Position numbers and translations under genes: made by a program
The notes under the pieces: model-generated
What the model saw: the letters and a program-made list of their open reading frames with translations, nothing else
Told to the model about the DNA's origin: nothing
Database searches by the model: none
Assembly: GCA_000004985.1 (NCBI GenBank)
Contig: GG738846.1
DNA length: 64,000 nucleotides
From: Naegleria gruberi
Lineage: Eukaryota
Strand: one strand, 5' to 3'
Shown here: positions 10,481 through 21,962 of the stretch, one piece after another
Layout: each line of letters opens with the position of its first letter
How positions within the stretch are numbered: position 1 is the first letter of the stretch

Positions 10481-11809
10481 TTAAAGATATTTAATATTTT
10501 CTTCTTCTTTTTGCTTGCTTCTTCTTAACCATTCTTTGGATGGTGAAATGAGATCTATTTGAGGTGTTTGTCTATGACTGCTCTTAGATGCACTCTTCTT
10601 AGTTGGGCTTGCTTGAGCGGCTTCAGCATCTTGAATGCAATCTAAAATGCTTACACTTGTCTTACTGGAAAATAGTCCTTGTGGAGGTGCTGAGAAGGTT
10701 GAATTCACTGAATTATTTAGTTCTGGTGTTGTAAATTGAGTTAGTAATTCCTCATCCTCATTAAATTCCAAAGTTCCATCGTCCAAGATCATTGTTGGCT
10801 CCCTACTTTGATCCATAGAAGAATTGAAATAGTTGGTCTTCTTATTGGCTTGATCGTTCGTGACTGGCTTTTGCAAAGATTTGATCTTGATACCATCCTT
10901 TGAACCAAATGAAAATTCCTTAGGTATGGTTATTTGATTTTTCCATTTAGTTCCGGTTTGGAATACCTTATCCACATCACTCTTCTTTTCTCTTGCTATT
11001 TTTTGTCTATGAAGGAATTCGTCATATCCTAGAGGATCTCTGTTTTCCTTAGGAGAACTGATTTTCAATCTTTGTGTATTTGGAGAAAATGTACATCCTT
11101 CCAATTCTCTTTCATCAACTTCTCGTTTACCTTTAATAATCTTTTGCTTTCTTCTTATTTCCCAAATAGCAGCTCTGTCACTTACTGTTTTCCCTTTAAG
11201 ATTAAACTTGTTCACTGTTTTGGAAACATTTGGAGAAAATGTACATCCTTCCAGTTCCTTTTCCATGAATTCCTTCTTCTTTTCTTCAATCTTTTGCTGT
11301 TTTTTAGAGGTTTTTTTGTACAATTCATTAATTCTTTGCTCGAAGGAATCAAACTTGTTCTTTCCTGAATCAATTTCTACAGACTTCTTATTAAGTGCTG
11401 GTCTAAATGTATATTGAACATCTTCTACTCTAGGAGAAGTTGGTTTTTGCATAAATAAACGCTCCTTGGAAGTATGGGGAAGTCTAGAGGCAATTTCCAA
11501 TGAAACGACATTCAATTCTGGTTTATGTGTAAGATCCTTATTGTATGCTTCCAATAGTTCTTGTGTATTTCTGTCATAACTTCTTACACTTTGAGGAGGT
11601 TGGTAATAAAAGTTCTCTGAATAATCATCAAAATCCTCATCCATCTCTCCGTCGCTGGCCATGCTTTCAGAAGTATTCATCTTCTTTTTAGCCTTAATAT
11701 AATTTACAAGTCTTAGAGTCCTAGGATTTATCTTTGATCTATATAATTTATATATGCAACCGCCACCATCATTCTTGTTAATAAACTTAACGGTCATAAA
11801 TAAATACAT
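10481..11809 (-). CDS. Hypothetical protein containing an internal tandem duplication with the repeated motif ELEGCTFSPN
   Basis: 442-aa ORF with an ATG at 11809; the real start may be the internal MNTSESMASDGE. Two modules of about 147 nt repeat on the DNA ('ttggagaaaatgtacatccttcca' near 11083 and 11228). Each encodes ...RE(L)EGCTFSPN... Confidence 0.5.
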   Translation of the reverse strand: MYLFMTVKFINKNDGGGCIYKLYRSKINPRTLRLVNYIKAKKKMNTSESMASDGEMDEDFDDYSENFYYQPPQSVRSYDRNTQELLEAYNKDLTHKPELNVVSLEIASRLPHTSKERLFMQKPTSPRVEDVQYTFRPALNKKSVEIDSGKNKFDSFEQRINELYKKTSKKQQKIEEKKKEFMEKELEGCTFSPNVSKTVNKFNLKGKTVSDRAAIWEIRRKQKIIKGKREVDERELEGCTFSPNTQRLKISSPKENRDPLGYDEFLHRQKIAREKKSDVDKVFQTGTKWKNQITIPKEFSFGSKDGIKIKSLQKPVTNDQANKKTNYFNSSMDQSREPTMILDDGTLEFNEDEELLTQFTTPELNNSVNSTFSAPPQGLFSSKTSVSILDCIQDAEAAQASPTKKSASKSSHRQTPQIDLISPSKEWLRRSKQKEEENIKYL

Positions 11810-12188
11810 ACAGTGATGACGATTCTTCCTCCATCTTAGTTTTGCTTATTTTTTTAATGATGATGATGAGGACGATTTGTTATTTACAGTAACGTTTTTT
11901 CAATAAAAGCAGCGATGGGTTGTGGATTTCAGTGCTTTTGTGAAATACTTTTTATTTCAATATTCTTTCATTACTTCTTGGCCACAGTTCCTTTCAATGA
12001 CTGGTTCAGATGTGAATATTTCAGATGCCAATATGATGTTCTTGCTTGTGTTCAAACCATAAAAACATTCTTGTTCCAATAAAAACTAGAAAGCAATAAT
12101 AAAAATAAATCAAAAAAATTCTCAAACCCTCTTCTCTGCAACTTTTCTCTTCTCATTGATCAACAATAAAAATTCATGAGTTTTGAAG

Positions 12189-15100
12189 ATGAATATAAAA
12201 CACATTTGCTTCACAGCATTTAGCACGGAAGAAAGGGTAAGTAGTGATTTTTATTTAATGTATGATGATGATTTTGTTGATAGAAAGAATTATCGGAAAA
12301 GGCAATAAATCTGGGGCTTATTGTGGATACTAATTTCGAAATATATACCGAAGTATTGATTGCTCATAGAATCGGAACAGATAAATACAGGCTAGCAGCA
12401 GAAAAAAAGATACCAATCTTGAAGAAGGAGTGGTTGTTAGCCTGTGAAACAGAAGGAGAATTGGTGAGCATTGAAAAGTACAAACTTCCTTGTCTTTATA
12501 ACTGTACAATTTCTGTCACAGGATTCAAGGAAAAGGAGAGAAGCCAAATCAAAAATTTATGCGAGCAGAACGGAGCCTCCTATTCATCAAGTCTCACAAC
12601 AGGCTATACCCATTTAATTTGTTTGGTATGTTGTAAATAATAATATTGAGATTTTTCTAATCATCACAATAGAAGGGAGGTAGTGAAAAATTCCATTTTG
12701 CACTTTCGAATAATATTACCGTAGTGGGTATTGATTGGATTAAAAAGTCTGTAAAGGCAGGTTATGCTTTGGATGAAGCTGATTTTATTCTAAGCACCAT
12801 TTCAGAGGAAGAGAAACAACAATGTCTTGAAATTGCAAACAAGTAAGTAATATTTAATACCCAAACAATTTATCATATCAGATTCAAGCAGCAAATAGGA
12901 TTGGAAATGGAGGAGGTTGTAAAACCCTCAGTAAAACACTCAATTCTTCAAACTCAAGGAATGAAGTTGGATACATCAAGCACAGAATCATTCTCTCTGA
13001 GCTCACAATTTTCATCTGAGGATGTTCAACTTTCGCTCTTTAATGGATTAGTTTTCTATCTTGTTGGATTTCCTACAGACCTAGTAACTAGTGTGAGAAA
13101 ATTAATTAGAAAGTATGGTGGAAATGCCACTTTTACAACAAACAGTTTGAATTATATAATAGCTAACGACAATACACCACCTGAAACCATCAAAAATCTC
13201 AAAGAGAAACTCAATTATGATCCTCCAGTTGTTTCATACAAGTGGTTCCTTAATTGTATAGAGAGTATGCAAGTTTTACCTATTGAGGAGAAAAATGAAC
13301 AAAATGAAAAAATATCCTCAAGTACATTCGATGACAATAATATTGATATTGATATCAGCGAAGAGGATTTAGCTGATGCAATCCAATCTCAAACTTGTAT
13401 TACAAATGAGATGACACATGAAAAGAATGAAAAGCTTCTCTTTTCTAGCCTTTTGTTCAAGCTTGCTGACAATTTATTGTCACAAAAACAAATTGCTAAA
13501 TCTATAATTGAAAGGAATGGTGGAAAATTTGTGAATTTAGGACTAGATTATGATTTTATAATATATCCAGAGTCTTGCAAAACCCCTCGTGAAACTAACC
13601 CAAAAATAAGAACACTAAAATGGCTAAAAGACTCGGATGCTGAAAAAACTGTAAAGACTGCAGAGGAGTGTCTACTTTATGTGCCTACCTTCAGATTGGC
13701 TCTTGATAAAATCAAAACTGAAAATGAAAGGCTCCTCATTGTAATTTCCGGATACCCTGATCAAAAGCAGATATTACAATCTATTATTGAGGCTCTGGGT
13801 GGTTCCACTTCCAAGACTATGAGAAAAACTGCAGACATTCTGGTTTGTGAAAAGAAATCTGACAAGTCGGATTTTGCCATCAAACACCAGATACCAGTTG
13901 TTAATGAGAAATGGCTGTTTGATAGCTATAAGGCTGGATACTTCCTTTCTCCCACAGATTTTATTTTCAATCCTAACTCTACAAATTCTAACATCACACC
14001 CAATATTTCTGTGAAAACCAGCATCACAACCACCAACACTACAGACAAAAATATTAATAAGGATACCTCGACTAGCACCACACCGACAGAAAAAAAATCA
14101 ACCAATCTTCCTGTATTTGAAAAGACTGAAAAGGCAGATAAAGAGGATCAGATAACACCAACAAAGACTATAATACTCGATGAAAATGCACGAGATTCCA
14201 ATTCTCCTCATAGTACTACCAATATCCAACCCCCAACTATGCCAGCTCCTCCCACTCCTACCACTGTAATACCTGTTGATACTGCAGCTTTAACTAATTT
14301 CAAAAGCAAATTGCTCGATAAACTACCAAAGAGGAAGGATACCACTACAAAGGCAATAGAATTTTCTGAACAATCAAACGTACATTTTATTCCAAAAAAG
14401 AATTTGGAAAATCTGACATTTTTCAATTCTCAAAACACTTCAGAATCCAATAGTCTCTCACACTATGGAGGCACCTCTGAAGCAGAAAATGAATACAATG
14501 AAAAGGTAAAGAATGATAGAAATAGAACTATTCCAGATTTTGCTATGAGTCTTGGGACATTTGCTGAAACCCAAGTTATTGATCACGACAATGAGGTTCA
14601 AAAAATCAAATGGAAACAATCGAATGCAGAGAAACGTCACTTTTTACTTTCTTCATTAGCCGAAAAGCAAAAAAAGGAGGTCACAAAATACATCCAAGCC
14701 TTGGATGGAGTAATAGATGAATTGTACATACCCAATGTGACAACACATTTTATTGCTGGCTCAGCAGTTCAAACTGAGAAATTTCTATGTAGTGTAGCTG
14801 CAGGTATTTGGATTCTTTGCCCAAAATATGTTGAAGATAGTTACCAACAGCAATACTGGATACAAGAGGATGACTATCAATGGATCCATAAGCAAGCCGA
14901 TATTAAGTCAGATCAACAGGATGCTATCAGGTATCTCATAACTGCCCAAAAAATTAGGGATAACAAGACTAAGCCATTTTCAGGAATGTCAGTCTTTTTC
15001 GTTCAGAACACAAACCCTTCATTTGTTAGAATTATTACTGCAGGAGGTGGGGTGATACTCCCTTCCATAACTGATCCACGTCTCACTCATATTTTCGTAA

Positions 15101-15270
15101 AGGAGGCAAGTGACACTGAAGATATGAAAAAAGCATATCCCAATACTTTTGTGACCTATGAAGAGCAAATTAGCGGTTTTCTAATGACTGATGAAAAGAA
15201 AACTTCTAGAGAAACATCAAGTGAAGAAAGTGAAAAGAAGAAGAGGAAAGTAATAAAGAAAAGCAAATAA
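12189..15270 (+). CDS. TopBP1/Dpb11/Cut5-like multi-BRCT DNA replication and checkpoint protein, in a four-exon model
   Basis: Exons are 12189-12236, 12284-12625, 12673-12843 and 12889-15270. Introns are 12237-12283 (GTAAGT...TAG), 12626-12672 (GTATGT...TAG) and 12844-12888 (GTAAGT...AAG). Exons 1-3 encode two BRCT folds (ICFTAFSTEER..., LPCLYNCTISVTGFKEKERSQIKNLCEQNGASYSSSLTTGYTHLICL/KGG...). The large exon holds more BRCT-like units (LFNGLVFYLVGFP..., ERLLIVISGYPDQKQILQSIIEALGG..., HFIAGSAVQTEKFLCSVAAGIWILCPKYV...). Alternative: exons 1-3 form a separate small gene ending shortly after 12843. Confidence 0.6.
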
Positions 15271-15494
15271 TTTGTTTTCAATGTTTGTTAACATTTTTGT
15301 AATCTGTATGTTGTCTCTAACCAATCTGAATCATCACAATCATATAATTTAGTCTTTTTAGTCTTTTTGTTTACCAGGTTATGTAATTTACACATCCATC
15401 GTTCCTTACTCTTGTACTGTTTTTCGAATCCTTTATAAGGAAACTTTGTTAAAATACCTATTTAACCACATCAATGATTTCAAAAATCATTTTT

Positions 15495-15980
15495 TCAATA
15501 AAATACCAAATTATTTGACATTTCAATTATGTATTGATTACTAAATTTTACTCTACCTTTAAAATCATTAGAGCATTGTTTACAAGGAAACAAATCAGCA
15601 GTCATATAAACCCATTTCAATAATTTATCTTGATCCAAATCTTTATAATTCTGTACAAAAGCATGGAAAACATTCCAAACATGAGGTCCAATCATTTCTC
15701 TCGTTAGTGTTCCCTTATTTTCCTCTATATTACATTGTGTATTCAATGATGACGATTCCAATCTAGCAAAATACTCTTTCAAAAACAATTCCTCCTCTTC
15801 CTCCGATAAATAAACAGGAACAATCGATGACTTGTTATATTGTACATTAAATAAAACAAAAATAAATATCGTTGATAGAATTAGAATGATGAAAAATAAA
15901 TATTTTTGATGATGATGTTGATATTTGAATGGTGATCCCGATCCCGAAAGTACTGGCAGTGTTGTTGTTGAGGGGATCAT
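15495..15980 (-). CDS. Erv1/ALR-family FAD-linked sulfhydryl oxidase with an N-terminal membrane anchor (Erv2-like)
   Basis: 161-aa ORF. An N-terminal TM (YLFFIILILSTIFIFVLF) precedes the Erv/ALR core (...HVWNVFHAFVQNY...LFPCKQCSNDF...), including the CxxC redox pair. Confidence 0.65.
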   Translation of the reverse strand: MIPSTTTLPVLSGSGSPFKYQHHHQKYLFFIILILSTIFIFVLFNVQYNKSSIVPVYLSEEEEELFLKEYFARLESSSLNTQCNIEENKGTLTREMIGPHVWNVFHAFVQNYKDLDQDKLLKWVYMTADLFPCKQCSNDFKGRVKFSNQYIIEMSNNLVFY

Positions 15981-16167
15981 TTTTTTTGAAATTGTAAAGA
16001 TTTTGTATTACTCCTCGTTTGGTGATTTTTTTAATTACCTGAAATAATGTGTTAAATGTCAAAGGTAGCCGTCAGGTTTAAAGGTAGTTCTCCACAAACT
16101 AAAAATTATTAATTTCGCTCAAAATTTATCTAATTACCCGCGAATTGGTAATAAATTGAAAAAAAAA

Positions 16168-19100
16168 ATGTTGGCAAGAAAATTGTTTGGAAAATGCACA
16201 ACAAATAATCGCCATCTCGTATTAAAATCATCGCAATATGCCACAAAATTCTACTCCACAAGTGGTGCTGAAAAAAATTTAGTTGCAAATATTGAGAGTT
16301 GTATAAGAAATATTAATAATCATTATCGGAGTAAGAAAGAAAAAGAATTTAATAACGGTTTGCTGGATTTGAAGCAATTTTGCTCCCAATTAAATGATGC
16401 AACGGAAAGGAAACTAAATGAAAAATCGTGGAATTTTTTGATTCAACAATTTTGTAGAAACGAAGCCTTTAGTGATGAAGCTACATTTTGGTTCAGAAGA
16501 GTTATGAAAGAGAAGAAATTAGCCACTCCAAATTCATTCACTTTGACTGCGATATTAAAATCATTCTCTACTATTGGTGAATTAGATATGTGTGAAGAAA
16601 TTCTACAAGAATTAGAAAGTCAAGGACTATGCAACGTTTTCTCATACATATACTACACAAAAGCTTGTCTTCAAAATGGAAACACTGAGAAGGCTTTCAG
16701 TGTTATTGGACGTATGGAGAGTAAACAAATTGAACCAAGTTTTGGAATATACATTCCTCTTCTAAAGGAAGCAACTAACCAAAATAATGTGGAAGTTGGA
16801 TTGAAACTTTATGATATGATCAAAAAAAGTAACTTGGCAAGTTTTCAATTATCATCTTGTATCGCCACTTTTGCTTTGAAGGTGAACCGACCAGATATTG
16901 CAATCGAAGAATACGAAAAGATTAAACAGAGTGAATTGATGAATGTTATAACTTGGACATGTTTAATTCAAGCATACATTCAACAAAATGATACTGAGAA
17001 AGCAATAGATACGCTTATTGACATGAAAAAACATGGTATATACCCAGATTCTGCAACATTCACAATTTTATTGAGTGCATGTGCAAATTCTAATATGTAT
17101 GAAGAAGGAGTTAAAATTCATGAACTTGCAAAACAAACACTCAAAGATTTCACAATTGGATTATCAAACACAATTATTAATTTTTACACAAAATGTGGTT
17201 ATTCAAATATTGCCATAGAAGAATGTGAAAAATTGAAACAGAACGGATTGATGAATGTTGTAACTTGGACATGTTTAATTCAAGCATACATTCAACAAAA
17301 TGACATTGAGAAAGCAATAGATATGATTATTGACATGAAAAAGCATGGTATTTACCCAGATTCTGCAACATTCACAATTTTATTGAGTGCATGTGCAAAT
17401 TCTAATATGTATGAAGAAGGAGTTAAAATTCATGAACTTGCAAAACAAACACTCAAAGATTTTCAATTAGACTATCAACAGCAACTATTAATTTTTACAC
17501 TAAATGTGGTTATTCAAATATTGCCATAGAAGAATGTGAAAAATTGAAACAGAAAGGATTGATGAATGTTATAACTTGGACATGTTTAATTCAAGCATAC
17601 ATTCAACAAAATGATATTGAGAAAGCAATGAATACGATTATTGACATGAAAAACAGTGGTGTTATACCTAGATTCAACAACATTCACAATTTTATTGAGT
17701 GCATGTGCAAATTCTAATATGTATGAAGAAGGAGTTAAAATTCATGAACTTGCAAAACAAACACTCAAAGATTTCACAATTGAATTATCAAACACAATTA
17801 TTAATTTTTACACAAAATGTGGTTATTCAAATATTGCAATCGAAGAATACGAAAAGATTAAACAGAGTGAATTGATGAATGTTATAACTTGGACATGTTT
17901 AATTCAAGCATACATTCAACAAAATGATATTGAGAAAGCAATAGATACGCTTATTGACATGAAAAAACATGGTATATACCCAGATTCTGCAACATTCACA
18001 ATTTTATTGAGTGCATGTGCAAATTCTAATATGTATGAAGAAGGAGTTAAAATTCATGAACTTGCAAAACAAACACTCAAAGATTTCACAATTGAATTAT
18101 CCAACACAACTATTAATTTTTACACTAAATGTGGTTATTCAAATATTGCCATTGAAGAATGTGAAAAATTGAAACAGAACGGATTGATGAATGTTGTAAC
18201 TTGGACATGTTTAATTCAAGCATACATTCAACAAAATGACATTGAGAAAGCAATAGATATGATTATTGACATGAAAAAGCATGGTATATACCCAGATTCT
18301 GCAACATTCACAATTTTATTGAGTGCATGTGCAAAATCTAATATGTATGAAGAAGGAGTTAAAATTCATGAACTTGCAAAACAAACACTCAAAATATTTT
18401 CTTTAGAGCTATCGACAGCGACTATTAATTTTTATACTAAATGTGGTTATTCAAATATTGCCATTGAAGAATGTGAAAAATTGAAACAGAAAGGATTGAT
18501 GAATGTTATAACTTGGACATGTTTAATTCAAGCATACATTCAACAAAATGACGTTGAGAAAGCACTGAATACGATTACTAATATGAAAAACAGTGGTGTT
18601 GTACCTAACTCAACAACATTCACAATTTTATTGAGTGCATGTGCAAATTCTAATATGTATGAAGAAGGAGTTAAAATTCATGAACTTGCAAAACAAACTC
18701 TCAAAGTTTTCACAATTGAATTATCGCAACACAATTATTAATTTTTACACAAAATGTGGTTATCCAAATATTGCAATCGAAGAATATGAAAAGATTAAAC
18801 AGAGTGAATTGATGAATGTTATAACTTGGACATGTTTAATTCAAGCATACATTCAACAAAATGACATTGATAAAGCAATAGATACGCTTATTGACATGAA
18901 AAAACATGGTATATACCCAGATTCTGCAACATTCACAATTTTATTGAGTGAATGTGCAAATTCTAATATGTATGAAGAAGGAGTTAAAATTCATGAACTT
19001 GCAAAACAAACTCTCAAAGATTTCACAATTGAATTATCAAACACAATTATTAATTTTTACACTAAATGTGGTTATTCAAATATTGCCATAGAAGAATGTG

Positions 19101-21364
19101 AAAAATTGAAACAGAAAGGATTGATGAATGTTGTAACTTGGACATGTTTAATTCAAGCATACATTCAACAAAATGACATTGAGAAAGCAATAGATATGAT
19201 TATTGACATGAAAAAGAGTGGTGTTTACCTAGATTCAACAACATTCACAATTTTATTGAGTGCATGTGCAAATTCTAATATGTATGAAGAAGGAGTTAAA
19301 ATTCATGAACTTGCAAAACAAACTCTCAAAGATTTCACATTTGAACTATCAGACACAATTATTAATTTTTACACAAAATGTGGTTATTCAAATATCGCCA
19401 TTGAAGAATGTGAAAAACTGAAACATAACGGATTGATGAATGTTGTAACTTGGAACTGTTTAATTCAAGCATACATTCAACAAAATGACATTGAGAAAGC
19501 AATAGATATGATTATTGACATGAAAAAGCATGGTGTTGTACCTAATTCAACAACATTCACAATTTTATTGAGTGCATGCGCAAATTCTAATATGTATGAA
19601 GAAGGAGTTAAAATTCATGAACTTGCAAAACAAACACTCAAAGTATTTTCTTTAGAGCTATCGACAGCGACTATTAATTTTTATACTAAATGTGGTTATT
19701 CAAATATCGCTATTGAGGAATGTGAAAAACTGAAACAGAAAGGATTGATGAATGTTGTAACTTGGACATGTTTAATTCAAGCATACATTCAACAAAATGA
19801 TATTGAGAAAGCAATGAATACGATTATTAATATGAAAAAGAGTGGTGTTGTACCTAATTCAACAACATTCACAATTTTATTGAGTGCATGTGCAAATTCT
19901 AATATGTATGAAGAAGGAGTTAAAATTCATGAACTTGCAAAACAAACACTCAAAGATTTCACAATTGAATTATCAAACACAATTATTAATTTTTACACAA
20001 AATGTGGTTATTCAAATATTGCCATAGAAGAATGTGAAAAATTGAAACAGAACGGATTGATGAATGTTGTAACTTGGAACTGTTTAATTCAAGCATACAT
20101 TCAACAAAATGATATGTCAAACACCCACACTCCATCAGATGCAGAATATGGGTTGAATAAGGCATTTAGAGTCTATCAGGAAATGAAACAAAAAAACTTT
20201 GAACCTAACAGTTATACCTTCAGCATTTTAATGGCAGCGTGTGGAGAATATGTAGCTTCAAACATTGGAATTCAAATAATTGAGGATATAAAACAAAACA
20301 ACATGGATATCTATGAAGAGGTTATTTCTGGTATGGTTTATTTTTACTCTAGAGTTGGCCAAAAAGAAACTGCACAACAATTATTTGATAATCTTGTTAG
20401 AAAGAAGGATGAATCAAAAGAACCACTTTCTATCGTCACTTATACTAATATGCTTTCTTGTTATGCACAACACGGTAAAGGATATGAAGCTCAAAAACTG
20501 TTCGATGAAATTGTTGAAAAGAAAGTCAAAATTGATGAAATAACTCTAATAGTATTATTGAATGCATATTCACATTGTGGAATGGTTGAAGAAGCAATTC
20601 AATTATATAATGATATGAAACCAAAACATAATTTTAATCCAACCCTCTCTATTGATTGCGTTATGATTGATGTGTTTTCTCGTGCAGGAAGATTTGAGGA
20701 AGCAGAAAAACTAATAGGTAGTCGCAATGATATTGGTTTGTGGGGCGCATTGATGGGAGGATGTAGAAAATTCAATAAGATTGAACTTGGTGAAAAAGTA
20801 TTTAACAAAATGACAACAATTGATGAAAAACTAACCTCACCCTATATATTATTATCCCATATCTACACATATCATGGATTAAACGAAAAAGCTAACAAAT
20901 TGCAAAAATTGATGCGAAAAAGAGGTATAAAAAAATTGCCTGGTATTGTGTATCATGAAGAAAATGGCATTGTATTTAGATTTATTTCTGGATCTGACGA
21001 CCACAAAGAGGACTCTCAAATGTTTGCACAAATTGAGAGAATGAGAGATGAAATATTTCGTAAAATTATTAAGGCTGGATATAGACCAGATACAAGATGG
21101 GTTACCAGAACCGAATCATTGTCAGAGGAGGAAAAAGTTAATTTGCTTTATCGACATGCTGAAAAAACAGCCATTGCTCACGCCTTTGTTTTGAATCCAA
21201 ATAGAAAGAAAATAGTATTAACAAAAAATCTGAGAGTTTGCAATGATTGCCATTCGGCTACTACGTACATTTCAAAAGTGATGGATGTTGAAATTATTGT
21301 AAGAGATGCCAATAGGTATCATCATTTCAAAGATGGAAAATGTAGTTGTGGTGGTTATTGGTAA
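16168..21364 (+). CDS. PLS-class pentatricopeptide repeat protein with C-terminal E and DYW (cytidine deaminase) domains. It is a putative mitochondrial C-to-U RNA editing factor. The reading frame as assembled is broken by three 1-nt indels, so it is either a pseudogene or an assembly error.
   Basis: The ATG at 16168 starts a presequence-like N-terminus (MLARKLFGKCTTNNRHLVLKSSQYATKFYSTSG). The C-terminus is a DYW domain: HAEKTAIAHAFVLN...NLRVCNDCHSATTYISKVMDVEIIVRDANRYHHFKDGKCSCGGYW, with the HxE and CxxCH zinc-binding motifs. The body is about ten tandem 104-aa P-L-S triplets. Frame breaks sit near 17480 (-1), 17670 (+1) and 18725 (+1) and split the gene into track ORFs 16156-17529, 17656-18741 and 18635-21364. 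Confidence 0.8.
16892..20110 (+). repeat. Tandem array of about 10.3 copies of a 312-bp coding repeat, each one PPR P-L-S triplet, roughly 90% or more identical, arranged in a higher-order A-B-B' pattern
   Basis: The unit anchor 'caaatattgc' recurs at 17204, 17515, 17828, 18140, 18452, 18765, 19077, 19389, 19701 and 20013. The first unit starts near 16892 with a diverged left flank (gatattgcaatcgaag). Spacings are 312 nt, except 311 and 313 where the single-nucleotide indels lie. Units alternate between type A (IAIEEYEKIKQSELMNVITW...IDTLIDMKKHGIYPDSAT) and type B (IAIEECEKLKQ(N/K)GLMNVVTW...IDMIIDMKK...). Confidence 0.85.
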
Positions 21365-21480
21365 ATTTGTTCCAAATACACAACATGATACAAATTATTA
21401 AACTAATTTTGATAAATTCCAATTTTGGTGATCTTCACACACTTACAACTAATAATCATAAATGTGTGGCATTCAGATAG

Positions 21481-21555
21481 AATATTAGAAACAATAATAA
21501 ACAATACCAATAATGAATTCGAAACAACAATTGGTTTATTATTGTTTCTAATATT
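21481..21555. repeat. Perfect 22-bp inverted repeat (hairpin) with a 31-nt loop in the PPR/TMEM144 intergenic region
   Basis: The left arm at 21481-21502 (aatattagaaacaataataaac) is the exact reverse complement of the right arm at 21534-21555 (gtttattattgtttctaatatt). It lies 117 nt downstream of the PPR-DYW stop and about 400 nt upstream of the next gene. Confidence 0.85.
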
Positions 21556-21962
21556 CTTGCCTTTGTTTCGTCTTGGCAAATGTCTTGTTGAAAAACTAAA
21601 CTGTAAAGACAGTTATATCCATCAACTTCACAAAATGACAAACTTCCCACAATAGGAAATTTGTCCTCCTTTGCTCTTCATACTATTTTAGACTCTTCAA
21701 AACATCATTCACACTTTACAAAACCTGAAGGTTAGGCATCTAACCACAACATTTTAATTATTGATAAATATCAATAATCAATTACCAAGGACAAATCCAC
21801 TCGCAACAATTCGCACCTCACATGCAATAATAATCCACTCACTCTTTCACATTTTATGAAACAAGCGCACACGCTCACAAAAAAGTTGCCAAGATTTTCA
21901 AAAAAAAACAAATCACGCATTGCAAACTCATTGTTTTGTTTCTGTTTGGAGAAGAGAAGAAA

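Noticed and set aside
16892-20110. The 312-bp tandem repeat array could superficially suggest a CRISPR-like or satellite array
   Set aside because: Every unit is an in-frame codon-preserving PPR P-L-S triplet within a long ORF. There are no unique spacers and no leader or cas genes, and the context is eukaryotic with spliceosomal introns nearby. It is a coding protein-repeat array.
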